From an uncultured Bacteroidales bacterium (GTDB lineage Bacteria; Bacteroidota; Bacteroidia; Bacteroidales; FEN-979), in NCBI GenBank assembly GCA_963800585.1, contig CAWDBP010000006.1:219400-283399 (forward strand): 64,000 bases of DNA, in the 5' to 3' direction. Shown here in pieces: positions 37,778-47,869 of the stretch. Position 1 is the stretch's first letter, and every line of letters starts with the position of its first letter. The notes under the pieces are model-generated. The model was not told where the DNA came from. It worked only from the letters and a program-made list of their open reading frames with translations, and did not search any database. The translations under genes and the position numbers were made by a program.

Positions 37778-40700
37778 TTACCACCTCGGACACTTTACCG
37801 AACTCTCCTTCTTCTCCTTACCCCCTTTCCTGGAATCCGGAACAATCTTTCCCGTCGCCGGTTCCTGCCTGAGATATATTATGACAGTCTTATTCTGATA
37901 CTTCGTCAGGCCTGGATCAAAGGTAACAGCTATATGATAAATCTCCCCGTCTGATCCTGTTAAAGTACCGTTTTCAATCTTCTCAATTTCCTGATCATGA
38001 ATATATACATCTATGTTACTTAAAGTTTTCCTTTTACCTTCAACACCTGTATAATATTTGTATCCGAACAACCTCTCCGAGAGGATCCGGAGTCCTTCCG
38101 GGCTGGCTCCTGGTACCGGATCGGTAAGTGCCGGTAATACCTCGATGCCATCATTATAATCGAACTGCAGCAAACTGGTCTCCGTCAGCTTGAGGTTGAT
38201 AAGCAAAGAAACGTTTTCCGGATCGTTGAACGAGGTAAAAGGGACATCATTTCCATCTTTTGTGATCTTGCGGAACTTCGTTCCCGGAGGGAAAGTAGGG
38301 GAGAACTCCACGTTGATCCGTTCATTTCCGTGTGGTGTAAATGTGTAATAATAACTCTTATCCGTTCGCTTCAGGCAAAGATCAAAAGTGCAATTTCCTG
38401 TCCGGATATTTTTGACGGCTACCGAATCCCAGCCGGCCGGGAAATGAGGCGACAGCACGACCTTCTTCTCTCCGTCATTGACTGTCAATCCAAGCATTCC
38501 TTCAATGGTAGGTTGCAGTACCATGGTCTCCGACCAGCATTGATGCGGACAAACTCCCGATGGCTCATAGCTGGCTCCGTTCATCACTTCCTCGACAAAC
38601 CCCTTGCCCCAGTTCTTATAAATGTTCAGGTTATTCATCAGATGGAAAAACCCTTGTTGGTAATTCCCGTAAGCATACTCCGCTAAAGCCGTCCAGCCGG
38701 TAAACAAAGGCCAGACACTGCCATAATGGTACCCCGTGGGCTTGAAGAAGGGACTGTCTTCGCGTATTATCCGTGTACCCCAGTTCGTCGAGAAAGCATT
38801 GGAAGCCAGTTGGTCAAGAACTGGCTTTGCCTTATTTGCGTCCCCTGTTTTAAAATAAAGAGGAACTGCCGGAAGCACCGTCGCTTCCGTCCTGAAAGTG
38901 CCATCCTTATTCATCCCATAGGAATAATATTTTTTCTGCGGATTCCAGAAAATGGTGTTTATCAGGTTCTTTAAGGTTATTGACTCGAGCTTGTAACCTT
39001 CTGCTTCAGGGATCTTTAAGGCACCAGCCATTATGGCAGTCTCGTCCAGCGCAGCCGCCCAGCATCCCTGCATGTACAGCGTGGCATGCGATCCGTATAG
39101 CTCGCCTCCTTCCACCCACCCATGGCCAACATTCGTGTTCTCCACCAGGTGGTCATGGTCCCGGTCCGTCGAAAAACAAAAATCGACGGCTCTTTTAACA
39201 GAGGGCCAGAGTACTCGCAGAAACGCCGTATCCTGGGTATGCCGGAAATATTTACCGGCAAGGACTATATAAAGCGGGGTGGCATCTGCAGCATCATAAT
39301 GTACCACGCCTGATGTAGTGGCTTCATGGAATATTTTCCCCGAAAGATCCTGGTATTTGCTGTAGAATTCAAGTTCGGACTTTACTTTGTGAAAATCGCC
39401 ATAATCCAGCAGGGCAAACCCGCTCCATTCTCCATCACGGCCGAAATACCAGCTATATCCCGGTCTTCCGTTTACCTTATGTTCGCCATTCCATCCTGTC
39501 CGGGTAGTGGAATAACCCGCCACCAGCGATTTCCCCATTCCGGGTGTATTTACAAAGAAACGGTCTGTCGCAATCAAAGCCCAACGGTAACCCTTGTTAA
39601 AATCCGGATCCGGACTCGTGATCAGAAGACTATGAGAAAGAAGGCTGTCTGCATGATCTATCGCACGAACAGCTATTATCCAGGGAACCCTGATCAAAGT
39701 ATCGAAATATTGTACTGTCGTTTTTCTTCCTTCATCAGTTGCTGAATAAACAACATCCAAATGATCAACCATCTTCAGGGGATAGGTAAGCAGACCACCT
39801 GCAATCATCTCCCTTGTTGGAATTCCTGCAAAAATATCCTTGCTTTTATCATAGCTGAAATTGGAAAACTGACCTGTAACTACTTTCTCCGGTTTCCTGT
39901 TCGCCCCAATCATGGCCGTATAGGTACCAGATTGATCCTGAACGTAAAAGGCATTGTGATCAGCATCAAAAGCCTGGCCGATCGATCCCAGAACCTTATC
40001 AGAATAAGGCCACATCAACCTCAGGTTACTTTTGACTTTCAAAACAAGCACTGCAGGATTTAACCCGTGATACTCATAATGTACCACGCCACAGGGATGT
40101 TCCGGATCGTTGACCAGGATTTCCCGGAGGTAAGCACCTCGAAATTTATAGTTCCTGATAAAGCACCAGGGAAGGGTCTCAACTTCAGGTCGCTCATCCT
40201 TAAGCCAGAAGATAGTATCCTGGATTTCAAAGCGTAACCCGACTTCATAATCCCGGAATGCCATAAAAGGATGCGCCCAGATCTCTTCAATCCCCCCGTT
40301 CCCAGTCCCCATGGTCAGCATCCGTTCACCGGCAACATCCCAGTAATCTGCGGAAGAATAACGGCTCCGGATTGTTAAAGGATCATCCGGGATATCCCAC
40401 TTTTCACTGTTGAAAATGGCAGGCACTATCGGATTCTTTTGCGGGACATTTAATGTCAATGAATACACGTTAGCCGGAAGATAATTCCAATAGTGAACAT
40501 CTGCAGTTGAATCAGTTACGGATAAGTACCTGAATATATTCTTTAAGAACAGTTCCAGGTGATCGCGGTTCATGTTCGGGACCGAAAAACAGGTATATCC
40601 GCCAACTGCAATGACTTTGCCCTTGCCGACATTGTATTCCAGCATGAGCTTTGATCCTTCCCTGAGAAAAATATAGTCCCAGTCAACACCGATTACCTTC

Positions 40701-41356
40701 CCGTTCACAGGCAGGGAACTCCCGAAATAACCGGTAACCCTGAAAGCGGTATCCTTGACCGGCACCATAATGTACGACCCGCCAAACATCCCGTCAAATA
40801 CCGGGTGGTTAAGAAATGCATGAAATCCCAGCTTCCGTCCATAACCTTCATCCACGCTTTGTTTAAGACTATCTGTCGGCTTAATTGGCTCAATGCCAAG
40901 TGTGTTGATATAATGAAAAGCATTCAAAGTCAATAGAAGATTACCCCCGTTACTAACAAAGTCCCTGATTGCCTTGACTGCTTTCAGGTCGGTTTCGGAG
41001 GCCGGAAAGCCGGAAGTATCCTGCTTGTGAAACCAGGCTGATTTATAGGGATCAAGCACTTTAGGGTTTTTATGCAGCTCGTCGAAAGTCACATATTCAG
41101 GATAGAAGCCTTTCAGGGTCTTAAGAAAATCGAAAGCAGCGCGTGATTCTTTATCTAGATGAAGGAACGGCTCTTTCCCCAGGAATGCAATTTTTACAAC
41201 CGAATCAGGAATGACCTCAGTTTTTTTTACCTGTGTCAGATTGAATGTATGGGTGCGGAAGGTCTGGCCTTTCGTCGCCTGCGCAACTAATTGGTCAGGC
41301 TGCAGGTACAGCGCCAGGGAGAGTAATAGTACGATCTTTACTTGGCAGTATTGCAT
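37778..41356 (-). CDS. Large secreted protein with C-terminal amylo-alpha-1,6-glucosidase/GDE_C-like (alpha/alpha)6 domain
   Basis: 1192 aa. The central/C-terminal region GRPGYSWYFGRDGEWSG...ADATPLYIV...GHGWVEGG...YHYGSVWPLFTGW resembles the glycogen-debranching-enzyme C-terminal domain. The N-terminal 300 aa are unassigned. Confidence 0.68.
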   Translation of the reverse strand: MQYCQVKIVLLLSLALYLQPDQLVAQATKGQTFRTHTFNLTQVKKTEVIPDSVVKIAFLGKEPFLHLDKESRAAFDFLKTLKGFYPEYVTFDELHKNPKVLDPYKSAWFHKQDTSGFPASETDLKAVKAIRDFVSNGGNLLLTLNAFHYINTLGIEPIKPTDSLKQSVDEGYGRKLGFHAFLNHPVFDGMFGGSYIMVPVKDTAFRVTGYFGSSLPVNGKVIGVDWDYIFLREGSKLMLEYNVGKGKVIAVGGYTCFSVPNMNRDHLELFLKNIFRYLSVTDSTADVHYWNYLPANVYSLTLNVPQKNPIVPAIFNSEKWDIPDDPLTIRSRYSSADYWDVAGERMLTMGTGNGGIEEIWAHPFMAFRDYEVGLRFEIQDTIFWLKDERPEVETLPWCFIRNYKFRGAYLREILVNDPEHPCGVVHYEYHGLNPAVLVLKVKSNLRLMWPYSDKVLGSIGQAFDADHNAFYVQDQSGTYTAMIGANRKPEKVVTGQFSNFSYDKSKDIFAGIPTREMIAGGLLTYPLKMVDHLDVVYSATDEGRKTTVQYFDTLIRVPWIIAVRAIDHADSLLSHSLLITSPDPDFNKGYRWALIATDRFFVNTPGMGKSLVAGYSTTRTGWNGEHKVNGRPGYSWYFGRDGEWSGFALLDYGDFHKVKSELEFYSKYQDLSGKIFHEATTSGVVHYDAADATPLYIVLAGKYFRHTQDTAFLRVLWPSVKRAVDFCFSTDRDHDHLVENTNVGHGWVEGGELYGSHATLYMQGCWAAALDETAIMAGALKIPEAEGYKLESITLKNLINTIFWNPQKKYYSYGMNKDGTFRTEATVLPAVPLYFKTGDANKAKPVLDQLASNAFSTNWGTRIIREDSPFFKPTGYHYGSVWPLFTGWTALAEYAYGNYQQGFFHLMNNLNIYKNWGKGFVEEVMNGASYEPSGVCPHQCWSETMVLQPTIEGMLGLTVNDGEKKVVLSPHFPAGWDSVAVKNIRTGNCTFDLCLKRTDKSYYYTFTPHGNERINVEFSPTFPPGTKFRKITKDGNDVPFTSFNDPENVSLLINLKLTETSLLQFDYNDGIEVLPALTDPVPGASPEGLRILSERLFGYKYYTGVEGKRKTLSNIDVYIHDQEIEKIENGTLTGSDGEIYHIAVTFDPGLTKYQNKTVIIYLRQEPATGKIVPDSRKGGKEKKESSVKCPRW

Positions 41357-42003
41357 AAAAGTGCACTTAATTCATTTAATGACCTTACAATAGGGAACCC
41401 GGTTTCAAGCAACCGCGCTTCCGAATGATGCCCGTTGGGGATCAGGATACAATCAATGTCCAATTCTTTAGCCACCTCAGCATCATGACAGGTATCACCA
41501 ATAAACATCACTTTTTCTTTTTCAATATTCAGGGTTTTCAGTAGGTGAATCCCGACATCCGTTTTCCCATAGGCATAGTGATCATCCAGTCCATCAACAT
41601 GATCAAAGAAAGCTGAAACCCCAAGATCTATGGTTTCCTGCCGTAATTCCTGTTGCTCGCGGGCTGAAAGGATACTCTGGCGATAACCATTTTCCGCAAT
41701 GCACGTAAGGCTGTTAACCGCATCTTCATGCAATCTGCATTCCTTCTGCCGCCGGTTATACCTGTTCATGAAATCCATCCCGACAATCTCGAAGGATTCT
41801 TTCTCAAAATCAAACCCCAGCTTCAGGTAATAATTTTTCACTGGGAAATCAAAGATGTCCCGGTAATGCTCAAGGGTCACTAACGGCAGCTTTCTTTCGT
41901 CCAGCATAGTATTCATCACTTCCACACACAGCCAGTTATCATCCAGCAGCGTCCCGTTCCAATCCCAGATGATGTGTGTATATTTCGAGGTATCTGTCTT
42001 CAC
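41338..42003 (-). CDS. HAD family hydrolase (phosphoglycolate-phosphatase-like)
   Basis: 221 aa. Motif I reads IIWDWNGTLLDD, with Asn where the second Asp normally sits. Motif IV is FIGDTCHD. Confidence 0.82.
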   Translation of the reverse strand: MKTDTSKYTHIIWDWNGTLLDDNWLCVEVMNTMLDERKLPLVTLEHYRDIFDFPVKNYYLKLGFDFEKESFEIVGMDFMNRYNRRQKECRLHEDAVNSLTCIAENGYRQSILSAREQQELRQETIDLGVSAFFDHVDGLDDHYAYGKTDVGIHLLKTLNIEKEKVMFIGDTCHDAEVAKELDIDCILIPNGHHSEARLLETGFPIVRSLNELSALLCNTAK

Positions 42004-42030
42004 GAATTGATTACTTTTGTTGTGAATTAG

Positions 42031-42153
42031 GAGTCCACTCCGAAAACCTATTTTAATGTTATCCCGTCAAGACACATAAACGCAAAAAGTCCAATTTCAA
42101 CGATATACGTCTTAGCGCTTTTTAGCGTCTTAGCGTCTTTGCGGTAAAAAAAC
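42031..42153 (+). repeat. Mosaic TTAGCG element, copy 5 (full length)
   Basis: GAGTCCACTCCGAAAACCTATTTTAATGTTATC ... CGCAAAAAGTCCAATTTCAACGATATACGTCTTAGCGCTTTTTAGCGTCTTAGCGTCTTTGCGGTAAAAAAAC. Confidence 0.9.
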
Positions 42154-42210
42154 TTTTCAGAGTGCACTCATATAGGGTTTTTCAAAAATACGAAAAAACT
42201 GTATCCGACC

Positions 42211-43149
42211 ATGGATTTTAAATCCTTTCTTGCCTCGCTCGACATATTATATGACTGCGCCCTTTGTCCCCGCGAATGTCATGCCGACAGGTTCACCGAG
42301 AAACTTGGCTATTGTAAGAGCGGTGCCGGGTTCAATATTGCCTCCATTTGTATCCATAAAGGAGAAGAACCTGCCATCAGCGGTAAAGATGGCATTTGCA
42401 ACATCTTCTTTTCCCATTGCAACCTCCAGTGCATCTATTGCCAGAATTACCAGATCAGCGATAACCGTATTCCGGGAAATTCAACCAAAATGAACCTGGA
42501 TGAAGTCATCGGCCAGGTGACTGCAATCCTCGATTCAGGCATCAACAGGGTAGGATTTGTATCACCATCCCATTTTATTCCACAGGTGAAGATCATCATT
42601 CAATGCATTCATTCATTGGGATATAAGCCTATCTGGATATTCAATACCAATGGCTACGATAAAGTGGAAACCTTAAGATCTCTTGAAGGAATGATAGATG
42701 TCTATCTGCCTGATTTAAAATATATGGAACCCGGGCTTGCAAACGAATACTCTGATGCACCTGACTACCCCGCAATAGCAACCGCTGCCTTGAAAGAAAT
42801 GTTCCGCCAAAAAGGCTCCACGCTTCATATCAGTGAAGATGGCACAGCAGAATCAGGGATAATCATCCGCCACCTTGTCCTTCCCGGCCATAAAGAAAAC
42901 AGCCTGAAGGTGCTGAACTTCATTGCCAATGAGCTCTCCCCAAAGCTTCATATTTCCCTGATGTCCCAGTACTACCCGACCCCCAGGGTAACCTGTCATC
43001 CCAAATTGAATACCACTGTTTCAAAAGCAGAATATTCTGGTATTGTAGCAGAGTTGGATCGGCTGGGTATGTATAATGGCTGGGTCCAGGACTTAACCAG
43101 CTCAACCCACTACCACCCTGATTTTGAAAAAGAACAACCATTTGAATAA
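42211..43149 (+). CDS. Radical SAM protein, PflX/COG1313-like
   Basis: 312 aa. CNLQCIYCQN CxxxCxxC cluster, preceded by a Cys-rich N-terminus (CALCPRECHADR). Confidence 0.8.
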   Translation: MDFKSFLASLDILYDCALCPRECHADRFTEKLGYCKSGAGFNIASICIHKGEEPAISGKDGICNIFFSHCNLQCIYCQNYQISDNRIPGNSTKMNLDEVIGQVTAILDSGINRVGFVSPSHFIPQVKIIIQCIHSLGYKPIWIFNTNGYDKVETLRSLEGMIDVYLPDLKYMEPGLANEYSDAPDYPAIATAALKEMFRQKGSTLHISEDGTAESGIIIRHLVLPGHKENSLKVLNFIANELSPKLHISLMSQYYPTPRVTCHPKLNTTVSKAEYSGIVAELDRLGMYNGWVQDLTSSTHYHPDFEKEQPFE

Positions 43150-43150
43150 C

Positions 43151-43300
43151 AGTGAATAGTGAATGGTGAGTGGTGAAAGGTCTTATCACTTTTTTGCACT
43201 TTGCACTTTACACTTTGCACTTGATTTCTCGGGCGTAATATGGGTAACCCCCGGCGAAACCGGGGGTCAGTACCTCTGCTGAATTTCAGTTAAAATTCAG
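43151..43300 (+). repeat. GTGAATR heptamer array, GCACTTT heptamer array, then two hairpins
   Basis: AGTGAATAGTGAATGGTGAGTGGTGAAAGG (43151-43180). GCACTTTGCACTTTACACTTTGCACTT (43196-43222). CCCCCGG CGAAA CCGGGGG. CTGAATTT CAGTTA AAATTCAG (43279-43300). Confidence 0.85.
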
Positions 43301-43412
43301 TATATATCGTCATTTTCCTGGTTTTCAAAGAAAACTTTTGTGTCCTGAAAATTATCTCCTTACTTTTGATGCAGTAATTACACCTATTATCTCACCTAAA
43401 ATAAATCAATCT

Positions 43413-44618
43413 ATGAGGACAACTCTATCCATCCTGATATTAGCCATATTCATGGCATTTAACAGTACAGCATACAGCCAGGAAACAGCAAAAAAATCAG
43501 ATTCGGGCTACGTTTTCACAATCGTGAAACAGGTTCCGGCAACACCGGTGAAAAATCAATACCGCTCAGGTACCTGCTGGAGTTTTTCAACGGTCGGGTT
43601 CCTGGAAGCCGAACTCCTGCGTACGAAACATGATACGTTCAGCCTGGCCGATATGTTTTGCGTGAGAAAAGCTTACTCGGATAAAGCCGAAATGTATGTC
43701 AGGTTCAATGGCAAGCACAATTTCGGTGGGGGAGGAGAGGCTCACGATGTAGTCAATGTTCTCAGAAATTATGGGATGCTTCCGTCTGAAGCCTATTCAG
43801 GAAATGTGATCGGCGAAGATAAGCCGGTTCATGGTGAAATGGATGCCGTGCTTGACGCCATGATCAATGCCATAGTCAAGAATCCGAATAAAAAGCTGAC
43901 TCCCGTTTGGCACCAGGCAATTGATGGCGTTCTCGATGCTTACCTGGGCAAAGTTCCGGATAAGTTCACCTATAGAGGAAAAGAATATACCCCGAAATCA
44001 TTTGCTGACATGATGGGCCTGAACCCGGATGATTACATTGAACTTACCTCCTTTACACATCACCCGTTCTATTCCAGGTTCATAATGGAAATCCCCGATA
44101 ATTGGGCCATGAATCAGGCATATAACCTTCCGTTGAATGATCTGATGGAGGTGATCCATAATTCAATAGACAACGGATATACAGTCGCCTGGGGCGCCGA
44201 TGTAAGTGAAAAAGGATTCTCTTGGAAGAATGGCGTCGCCGTAGTGCCTGATAAAAATTCGCCGGAAATGGCAGGATTGGAAACTGCTAAATGGGATAAA
44301 ATGTCGGATGCCGATAAGGACAAACTGCTGTACAAATTTGATAAACCTCTACCTGAAAAAAAGATCACCCAGGAACAGCGCCAGCTTGAATTTGACAACT
44401 ACCAGACTACCGACGACCATGGCATGCTGATCACAGGAACGGCCAAAGATCAGAATGGCAACCCATATTTCCTGGTAAAGAACTCATGGGGTCTCGATGG
44501 CAGCCCCTACAAAGGATATTTCTACGCCTCCGAACCCTACGTCCAATTAAAAACCATGGATATCATGGTAAACATAAAAGCAATCCCAAAAGATATCCGC
44601 AAAAAGCTGGGGCTTTAG
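43413..44618 (+). CDS. Aminopeptidase C / bleomycin-hydrolase-like C1B cysteine peptidase, secreted
   Basis: The track ORF starts at 43338. ATG 43413 gives the signal peptide MRTTLSILILAIFMAFNSTAYSQ. Active-site NQYRSGTCWSFS; later DDHGMLITG and VKNSWG. Confidence 0.85.
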   Translation: MRTTLSILILAIFMAFNSTAYSQETAKKSDSGYVFTIVKQVPATPVKNQYRSGTCWSFSTVGFLEAELLRTKHDTFSLADMFCVRKAYSDKAEMYVRFNGKHNFGGGGEAHDVVNVLRNYGMLPSEAYSGNVIGEDKPVHGEMDAVLDAMINAIVKNPNKKLTPVWHQAIDGVLDAYLGKVPDKFTYRGKEYTPKSFADMMGLNPDDYIELTSFTHHPFYSRFIMEIPDNWAMNQAYNLPLNDLMEVIHNSIDNGYTVAWGADVSEKGFSWKNGVAVVPDKNSPEMAGLETAKWDKMSDADKDKLLYKFDKPLPEKKITQEQRQLEFDNYQTTDDHGMLITGTAKDQNGNPYFLVKNSWGLDGSPYKGYFYASEPYVQLKTMDIMVNIKAIPKDIRKKLGL

Positions 44619-44644
44619 GAATGGAAAATTAAGAATGAAAAATT

Positions 44645-44762
44645 GAGTCCCCTCCTAAAGACGCAAAAAGTTCAATTTCAACGACATCCTTCTTAGCGCT
44701 TTTTAGCGTCTTTGCGCCTTTGCGGTGAAAAAAAAGACTTTTGAAAAGAGACAGCTTCTTCG
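44645..44762 (+). repeat. Mosaic TTAGCG element, copy 6
   Basis: ...CGCAAAAAGTTCAATTTCAACGACATCCTTCTTAGCGCTTTTTAGCGTCTTTGCGCCTTTGCGGTGAAAAAAAAGACTTTTGAAAAGAGACAGCTTCTTCG. Confidence 0.9.
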
Positions 44763-44767
44763 ATTTA

Positions 44768-45442
44768 CTACCATTTACCGATGTTTGTCGGAGCTTTAAT
44801 TACTTCCTTCAATAAGTTTAAGTATGTATCCCTCGGAATAAGTTCTGCCCCAAGACTTAAAAGATGCTCTGTTTCAACCTGTGAGTCAATAAAAAGAAAT
44901 TCAAATTCTTTTGCTTTCTCCACCAGATGATACAAGGCGACCTTTGATGCATCAGTCATCGTATGAAACATTGACTCACCAAAGAAAGTCTTGCCCAGGG
45001 AAACTCCATAAAGACCTCCCACCAGGTTCCCCTCAAAATAACTTTCCACTGAATGAGCATACCCTTTACGATGCAATTCAATATATGCAGCCTTCATCTC
45101 ATCTGTGATCCAGGTTCCATCTTCATGTTCCCGTTCGGTTTTCGCACAGGCATCTATTACCTGTTCAAAATTTGAATCTATCCTCACGGAAAAAACATTC
45201 TTCTTTATCTTCTGATGCAAACTATGGGATACTTTAAACTTATCCGGAAATAACACCAGCCGAGGATCCGGCGACCACCAGAGAATAGGTTCATTCTCAG
45301 AGTACCATGGAAAGATACCATTGGCATAGGCCGCAAGCAAACGTTCAGAACTCAGATCACCCCCAACAGCCAGCAACCCCTCAGGCTCAGCCAGGGAAGG
45401 ATCAGGAAAAACAATTTCATCCGGAAGCTGAAAGACAGGCAT
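44768..45442 (-). CDS. aat: Leucyl/phenylalanyl-tRNA--protein transferase
   Basis: 224 aa. Has GLLAVGGDLS..RLL.AY..GIFPW, WWSPDPR and GESMF motifs. Confidence 0.9.
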   Translation of the reverse strand: MPVFQLPDEIVFPDPSLAEPEGLLAVGGDLSSERLLAAYANGIFPWYSENEPILWWSPDPRLVLFPDKFKVSHSLHQKIKKNVFSVRIDSNFEQVIDACAKTEREHEDGTWITDEMKAAYIELHRKGYAHSVESYFEGNLVGGLYGVSLGKTFFGESMFHTMTDASKVALYHLVEKAKEFEFLFIDSQVETEHLLSLGAELIPRDTYLNLLKEVIKAPTNIGKW

Positions 45443-45466
45443 GAGGGTTCACGTTTTGTTGTTATG

Positions 45467-45610
45467 CAGTTTCAACAATATACTTCTTAGCGCTTTTTAG
45501 CGTCTTTGCGGTAAAAAAAGACTTTTGAAAAGAAACTGCTTCTTCAAGCATTTACTTCTTAGCGCTTTTTAGCGTCTTTGCGTCTTTGCGGTGAAAAAAA
45601 AACTTTTAAG
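45467..45610 (+). repeat. Mosaic TTAGCG element, copies 7 and 8 in tandem
   Basis: GCAGTTTCAACAATATACTTCTTAGCGCTTTTTAGCGTCTTTGCGGTAAAAAAAGACTTTTGAAAAGAAACTGCTTCTTCAAG, then CATTTACTTCTTAGCGCTTTTTAGCGTCTTTGCGTCTTTGCGGTGAAAAAAAAACTTTT. Confidence 0.9.
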
Positions 45611-45628
45611 AATGGACTCAATATTGGA

Positions 45629-46813
45629 TTAGATTTCATTCATCGCTTTTATCAAAAACTCGATAGCACTAAAACATTCTTCTTCCTTGATCGTCAATGG
45701 TGGAGCTATACGAAATGTACAGGGATGAAACAGAAACCAATCGATAATAATTCCATTCCTCAACATTGATTCCGTCAATTTACTCCTTTTTCCTGCATCC
45801 CTTATTTCAACCCCAATCATCAATCCTTTTCTTCGGATTTCTTTGACCAGTGGATGGGTCTTTATCTGATCTTCAAAAATGGCTCCTTTCTTATCGGCAT
45901 CTGAAATAAGGTCATCACTCAATAGCACCTCCAGGCTGGCCAGCCCAGCAGCACAACAAACCGGATGACCTCCGAATGTCGTGATATGTCCGAGCTCAGG
46001 CTGAAAAGCCAGGGTATCCATGATCTCCTTTGAAGCTATAAATGCACCCAGAGGCATACCTCCTCCCAAAGCTTTTGCTAATACAAGTATGTCAGGAACA
46101 AAATTAAAATGTTCAAAAGAAAATAGCTTGCCTGTCCGGCCAAAGCCCATCTGCACATCATCAATAACAAGTAACGTCCCTGTTTCTTTACATCTCGAAT
46201 AAAGAGATTCCAGAAATCCTTCTTCGGGAATAATGATCCCTGCTTCTGCCTGGATAGTTTCAGCAACTACACAGGCAGTTTTATCAGTAATTCTTACCAG
46301 GTCATGAAAATTATTGAACTCCAGGAAATGAACATCAGGAATCAGGGGACGGAAAGCATTCTTCAGTATTTCATTCCCAAGTATGCTCAGCGCTCCCTGT
46401 GTGCTTCCATGATAGGCATTATGAAATGCCATCACCTCTGTCCTGCCTGTATAACGCTTGGCTAATTTCATCGACCCCTCAATCGCTTCACTACCGGAAT
46501 TGACAAAGTAAACGGATTCAAGGTTATCAGGTAATTCACTAACCAACTTTTGCGCAAACCTTACTTGGGGTGACTGTATGAATTCGCCATACACATTCAA
46601 ATGAAGATACTTTTTCAGTTGATCCTCAATCGCCAGGATCACAGCCGGATGCCTGTGCCCGATATTACTAACGCTGATACCGGATACCAGGTCAATGTAT
46701 TTTTTACCGGATACATCATAAATATAAAGGCCCTCTGCATGATCAACCTCCAACCCAAGTGGCTGCCTGGACGGAAGCCCCAGGTAAACAAAGAATAACT
46801 CTCGTTCCGTCAT
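45629..46813 (-). CDS. Class-III PLP aminotransferase (acetylornithine/GABA aminotransferase-like)
   Basis: 394 aa. Has VNSGSEA, DDVQMGFGRTGK and LAKALGGGMP motifs. Confidence 0.88.
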   Translation of the reverse strand: MTERELFFVYLGLPSRQPLGLEVDHAEGLYIYDVSGKKYIDLVSGISVSNIGHRHPAVILAIEDQLKKYLHLNVYGEFIQSPQVRFAQKLVSELPDNLESVYFVNSGSEAIEGSMKLAKRYTGRTEVMAFHNAYHGSTQGALSILGNEILKNAFRPLIPDVHFLEFNNFHDLVRITDKTACVVAETIQAEAGIIIPEEGFLESLYSRCKETGTLLVIDDVQMGFGRTGKLFSFEHFNFVPDILVLAKALGGGMPLGAFIASKEIMDTLAFQPELGHITTFGGHPVCCAAGLASLEVLLSDDLISDADKKGAIFEDQIKTHPLVKEIRRKGLMIGVEIRDAGKRSKLTESMLRNGIIIDWFLFHPCTFRIAPPLTIKEEECFSAIEFLIKAMNEI

Positions 46814-46873
46814 TTTAAGACATCTTTACTGCGAAATTAATAAATCCGCGGAATCATGCTCTACTTCCGAACA

Positions 46874-46980
46874 TGTACGGGCTCAAAATCTTGAGCACCA
46901 GCACAATCTCCCATTTTTTTTGCGTCACGCGCCACGATTCTCTCCCCTCCCTTCTGGGGGATGGGCCGGGGGTGGGGTTC
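46874..46980 (+). repeat. Composite module: GTACGGGCTCAAAATCTTGAGC, then CCATTTTTTTTGCGTCACGCGCCACGA, then the C-run/G-run module
   Basis: Direct reading. It creates the spurious N-terminal extension of track ORF 46873..47826. Confidence 0.88.
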
Positions 46981-47028
46981 TCTCAAAAATCCCTATCTTC
47001 GTATCCTGAAATAAGTAGAATGAAAGAT

Positions 47029-47826
47029 AAAGTCGTCGTCATCACCGGTGCCACTTCCGGTATAGGCAGAGCCCTTGCTTACGAATGTGCAGCAAGAGGA
47101 GCCAGGCTGGTCATCTCGGCCAGGAACAATGAAAAACTAATGGAGATGTCAGAAGATCTCCTAAGAACCGGAGTACGGGTATTACCGGTAAAGGCCGATG
47201 TTTCTGTCGAGGCATATTGTAAGGAACTGATTAATAACACAATTGCAGAGTACGGAACGATAGATGTCCTGATCAACAATGCCGGGATCTCCATGCGGGC
47301 ATTATTTGAGGAAGTCGACCTGAGTGTGTTACGGCGACTAATGGATACCAATTTCTGGGGAACAGTTTACTGCTCAAAATTTGCACTTCCATACCTTCTG
47401 AAATCAAAAGGCTCATTGGTGGGGATCTCTTCCATAGCCGGATACAAAGGATTACCGGGAAGAACAGGATATTCTTCCTCGAAATTTGCCATACAGGGAC
47501 TGCTTGAAGTGATCAGGATTGAAAATCGTAAAAAAGGACTCCACGTGCTGATAGCTGCCCCGGGATTTACGGCATCAAATATCCGGAATGTCGCACTGGC
47601 AAAGGATGGAAGCCAGCAGGGAGAAACACCCCTAGATGAAAGTAAACTGATGCCGGCAGAAACCGTTGCGATAAAGATTGCCGATGCCATCGAAAAACGG
47701 AAAAAGACACTAATCCTCACCACGCAGGGAAAAATGACGGTGTTACTAAATAAGTTCTTCCCCTCCTTTATGGATAAAATGGTATATAACCACATGGCAA
47801 AAGAACCCGACTCCCCATTCAAATAG
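47029..47826 (+). CDS. SDR family oxidoreductase
   Basis: The track ORF (46873) begins inside repeat modules. ATG 47029 gives MKDKVVVITGATSGIGRA. Also has NNAG and YSSSK. Confidence 0.85.
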   Translation, partial: KVVVITGATSGIGRALAYECAARGARLVISARNNEKLMEMSEDLLRTGVRVLPVKADVSVEAYCKELINNTIAEYGTIDVLINNAGISMRALFEEVDLSVLRRLMDTNFWGTVYCSKFALPYLLKSKGSLVGISSIAGYKGLPGRTGYSSSKFAIQGLLEVIRIENRKKGLHVLIAAPGFTASNIRNVALAKDGSQQGETPLDESKLMPAETVAIKIADAIEKRKKTLILTTQGKMTVLLNKFFPSFMDKMVYNHMAKEPDSPFK

Positions 47827-47869
47827 CGAGAAGGCAAAATGGCGAAATAGCCAAAAGAACTAGTCAAAT

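Noticed and set aside
46873-47028. N-terminal extension of the SDR gene (track ORF 46873..47826), and similar extensions at 43338, 21669 and 58587.
   Set aside because: The extensions are encoded by repeat modules or lack signal or fold logic. Internal ATGs give canonical N-termini (MKDKVVVITGATSGIG, signal peptides, the ClpS core).
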